The notes under the pieces were generated by a model. That model searched no databases, was not told the origin of the DNA, and worked only from the letters and a program-made list of their open reading frames with translations. A stretch of DNA of 35,687 bases from an uncultured Chlorobiaceae bacterium (GTDB lineage Bacteria; Bacteroidota; Ignavibacteria; UBA10030; SZUA-254): the NCBI GenBank assembly GCA_964354485.1, contig CAYGZY010000060.1, positions 1 through 35,687 on the forward strand, written 5' to 3'. Shown here piece after piece: positions 33,100-35,687 of this stretch. Both the position numbers and the translations under genes were made by a program. Position 1 is the stretch's first letter. Every line of letters begins with the position of its first letter.

Positions 33100-34950
33100 A
33101 TGAAAAAGTCAACAATTTTTTTTGTTAATCTGGTTACGGCGGTTCTTTTCCTGGTCATTACCGCCATATCGTGGAATTGTGAACCGAAGGAAATAGGAGA
33201 TTTTAATCCGAATGTTCCCCCCGTCACCAGATTGTCGAATGTACCCCCGCCTGATGATACAACGCGAACGACGAGTCCCCGTGTATCGCTGAACTGGGTG
33301 GGAGATGATCCTGACGGATATGTAGCGGGATACAGATACAGATGGAATTTCCGGTTATCGCAATCACAGCCGTTTGAGTACAAACCCTACAGCATCGTGC
33401 TTAATATAATCATCAACGAGTTTACACTCATGGTGACGACCGAGGATCCTTTAATTGTTCCGCCGGTATACAAATATTTTGCAACTCTTCCACCGGAAGG
33501 TCTCGATTTGAATCGGATCGATTCTCTTGCGCGAGGTGATACTATACGTGTTGAGGGAGTCGGTGTGTTTGCATCAAATCCTGATTCCATCAGAATTCAG
33601 ACAGGGGCAAGGATTAAATACAGTTTTCCTGTCCATGTCAACCCCAACAGCGGAACATTTATTTTCGATTCGCAGGACACTGTAAATTTCCATACGTTTG
33701 AGATCACTGCGATCGATAATATGGGTGACACCTCGTTGTTCGGACCTCCAAACATCCGGAGGATATCATTTGAAACGCCGCAAGTACCTCCGCCCGTCAC
33801 ATCTATTGACTATTACCCGGTGGATACGGCCCTGGTCGTTATGAATCAAACTCCGACGTTCAGAGGTCTTCGGTTTCAATTCACAGGAAATGATCCGAAC
33901 AGTCGGACGATCGATTACCGCTGGGTGGTCGACAGGGATCTCAGGATAGCGGACGGTGACACCGTTCCGTGGTCGCGGTTCGGTCCGTCAGAAAATGCTT
34001 ATGTGGTTGCCAGCGATTTTTACGATCCGTATGCGACTGAACACATATTTACTGTTCAGGCGAGGAATGAATTCGGATCGATCGACACCGTAGGCGGCAG
34101 TGTCACTTTCAGAACGATTTATCCGCAGTTTGCAAGGCAAGATTTACCGCCGCAGTTTAAAGTTCTTTTCCTGAACATAGGGTACCCGGAACCGCCAATA
34201 CCACCCACATGGCCCGGAACACCCGTATATCCGCTGCGTGAAACGGTGGATCAATTCTACCACGAGATATTTAACTCGCTTGGCATTCATGATTCGGTAA
34301 TCGTGGCGTGGCATATCAAGAAAGATCCGCCTCTTGATTTTCCATCGTTGGGCGAAATCGGCAAGTACAACCTCATTTTTCTGTATGGTGATGCTGTTAA
34401 TGAATATTTCATGTGGGGTAATTACCCTGCGCTCGCGAGCACGCGGCAGAATATTATCAGAGATTACTGCTACGTCGGCGGCAACTTCATCACAAGCGGA
34501 TGGGCACAAGTCAGTCCGTACAACACACCGCTTCAGCCGGAATTCATGCTGAATATCCTTCATGTCAGCATAACAGCACCTCAGAATCCGCACGTGGTTC
34601 AATCTCACGAATTCAAAGGGGCACACGGATTCCTCGGGTATCCGAACATACTGCTCGATACGACGAAATGCGATACGGCATGGAAAAATTCCGGAAGCGG
34701 TCAGTACGCACTACGAAATATGTGGACATGCTCGCCGTACGGTTTTGGAGAGATCATTCACAAGTTTATATCCGCAGCGCCGCCCCCGTTTAATGCAGAG
34801 AATCAAATTCTCTCTATCAGATATCTGGGAGTAACTTTTAATGCGGTCTATTTCGGTTTTCCGCTTTACTACATGCAGCGACCAGCGGCAGATTCCACAA
34901 TCGCTAAAGCATTACGCGATGTTATAGATTGGAAAGGAGCAATACGATGA
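33100..34950 (+). CDS. Large hypothetical lipoprotein: two Ig/FN3-like repeats plus a C-terminal alpha/beta (flavodoxin / GATase1-like) region
   Basis: Signal peptide with Cys (AISWNC). There is an internal duplication: PPVTRLSNVPP...VSLNWVGDDPDGYVAGYRYRW and PPPVTSIDYYP...RFQFTGNDPNSRTIDYRWVV. The C-terminal part has KVLFLNIGY...YNLIFLYGD...GGNFITSGW. No family recognised. Confidence 0.6.
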   Translation: MKKSTIFFVNLVTAVLFLVITAISWNCEPKEIGDFNPNVPPVTRLSNVPPPDDTTRTTSPRVSLNWVGDDPDGYVAGYRYRWNFRLSQSQPFEYKPYSIVLNIIINEFTLMVTTEDPLIVPPVYKYFATLPPEGLDLNRIDSLARGDTIRVEGVGVFASNPDSIRIQTGARIKYSFPVHVNPNSGTFIFDSQDTVNFHTFEITAIDNMGDTSLFGPPNIRRISFETPQVPPPVTSIDYYPVDTALVVMNQTPTFRGLRFQFTGNDPNSRTIDYRWVVDRDLRIADGDTVPWSRFGPSENAYVVASDFYDPYATEHIFTVQARNEFGSIDTVGGSVTFRTIYPQFARQDLPPQFKVLFLNIGYPEPPIPPTWPGTPVYPLRETVDQFYHEIFNSLGIHDSVIVAWHIKKDPPLDFPSLGEIGKYNLIFLYGDAVNEYFMWGNYPALASTRQNIIRDYCYVGGNFITSGWAQVSPYNTPLQPEFMLNILHVSITAPQNPHVVQSHEFKGAHGFLGYPNILLDTTKCDTAWKNSGSGQYALRNMWTCSPYGFGEIIHKFISAAPPPFNAENQILSIRYLGVTFNAVYFGFPLYYMQRPAADSTIAKALRDVIDWKGAIR

Positions 34951-35687
34951 AAGCAATAATGAAGGGTTTAGGAATTCTTTGTTTCTTCGCACTTCTGAGC
35001 GTTCATCTCTATGCGGGCAACACCGGGAAAATAATCGGTACAGTCACCGATGCAGTTTCCGGCGAAGCGGTTATCGGAGTGAACATTTTGGTTGTCGGTA
35101 CAACGAGAGGCGCCGTTACCGACTTTGATGGAAAATACACAATCATCGGCGTACCGATCGGTACGTATGTCGTGCGCGCAAGCCTTGTGGGTTATTCGCA
35201 GGTCGAGTACAAGGACGTGAAAGTGGGAGCCGATGAAACGACATCCCTTAATTTTAAAATGACGTCGGGCGAAGTCACGCTGCAGGGTGTGACGATCACG
35301 GCAGACAATCTTCTCGTCAATAAGCTTACAACCTCCTCAACTCAGACAGTCGGTGAAAAATCTATCCAGAGCATCCCGAACGTGAAAAGCGTGGAGGATG
35401 TATTAAAACTGCAGGCGGGCGTCGTTAAGCAGGGGAACAATCTCTTCCTGCGCGGCGGCCGGTCTAATGAAATACAGTATCTCGTAGACGGCGTTCCGAC
35501 CAACAGCATCGTCGGCAACTCCGGCGATCTTCTCGCCACGAGCAGCGCAAATCAACAGCTCGCGCAGTTGTACGCCGGCGTACAATCGGGCGTCATCGGC
35601 GGCGGTGAAAGCGGACTTGCAGTATCGGCAAACGCGATACAATCGGTAAGCGTGCAACCGAGCGGGTTCGACGCCGATTATGGTAAC
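34947..35687 (+). CDS. TonB-dependent receptor, N-terminal part (CarboxypepD_reg domain + plug). The 3' end lies outside the window.
   Basis: This gene is not in the ORF track because no stop codon is reached; I translated it by hand. Translation: MKAIMKGLGILCFFALLSVHLYAGNTGKIIGTVTDAVSGEAVIGVNILVVGTTRGAVTDFDGKYTIIGVPIGTYVVRASLVGYS...VEDVLKLQAGVV..GNNLFLRGGRSNEIQYLVDGVP...SGFDADYGN. ATGA overlap with the upstream stop, and AAGGAG lies 7 nt before the ATG. 741 nt are open to the window end. Confidence 0.85.
   Translation, partial: MKAIMKGLGILCFFALLSVHLYAGNTGKIIGTVTDAVSGEAVIGVNILVVGTTRGAVTDFDGKYTIIGVPIGTYVVRASLVGYSQVEYKDVKVGADETTSLNFKMTSGEVTLQGVTITADNLLVNKLTTSSTQTVGEKSIQSIPNVKSVEDVLKLQAGVVKQGNNLFLRGGRSNEIQYLVDGVPTNSIVGNSGDLLATSSANQQLAQLYAGVQSGVIGGGESGLAVSANAIQSVSVQPSGFDADYGN

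Overview
A 35.7-kb chromosomal segment. 24 of the 25 supported CDS lie on the + strand, and there is no rRNA, tRNA, CRISPR array, transposase, integrase or phage gene. The T9SS C-terminal sorting domain, lipoprotein-rich envelope genes, hpn genes and clear Shine-Dalgarno sites point to an FCB-group bacterium, possibly Ignavibacteriota-like (inference).

Gene content, left to right:
- Squalene synthesis: hpnD (partial) and hpnE.
- Housekeeping and central metabolism: tyrS coupled to a LarA-family racemase, a type I-beta DAHP synthase coupled to glcD, a carboxylesterase, and a rhomboid protease coupled to glcF.
- Envelope and orphan block: a coiled-coil OmpA lipoprotein, a standalone P-loop NTPase, a GT-C-like polytopic membrane protein, thiI, a CDGSH protein and a DUF4412-like secreted protein.
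- A roughly 13-kb carbohydrate locus with no SusC/SusD pair: a Tat-exported six-hairpin protein, a fused solute-binding-protein/permease, a second permease, a BNR-repeat T9SS substrate, a secreted GDE_C-like hydrolase and a cytoplasmic GH63/GH37-like hydrolase.
- One minus-strand beta-propeller lipoprotein, then an operon of two lipoproteins plus a TonB-dependent receptor that runs off the window.

I found no clear-cut new multi-gene system. The strongest unexplained signal is at the DNA level. Several short repeat families fill the intergenic spacers: phase-locked heptanucleotide arrays, GCTCC/GGAGC and CCCGCC/GGCGGG hairpin modules, and an approximately 78-nt unit. The same families also appear in-frame inside two intact genes.

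The best protein-level candidates for something undescribed are the P-loop NTPase / GT-C pair, the SBP-permease fusion within the glycan locus, and the lipoprotein-lipoprotein-TBDR operon. All functional calls rest on motif recognition by eye; no database search was run.
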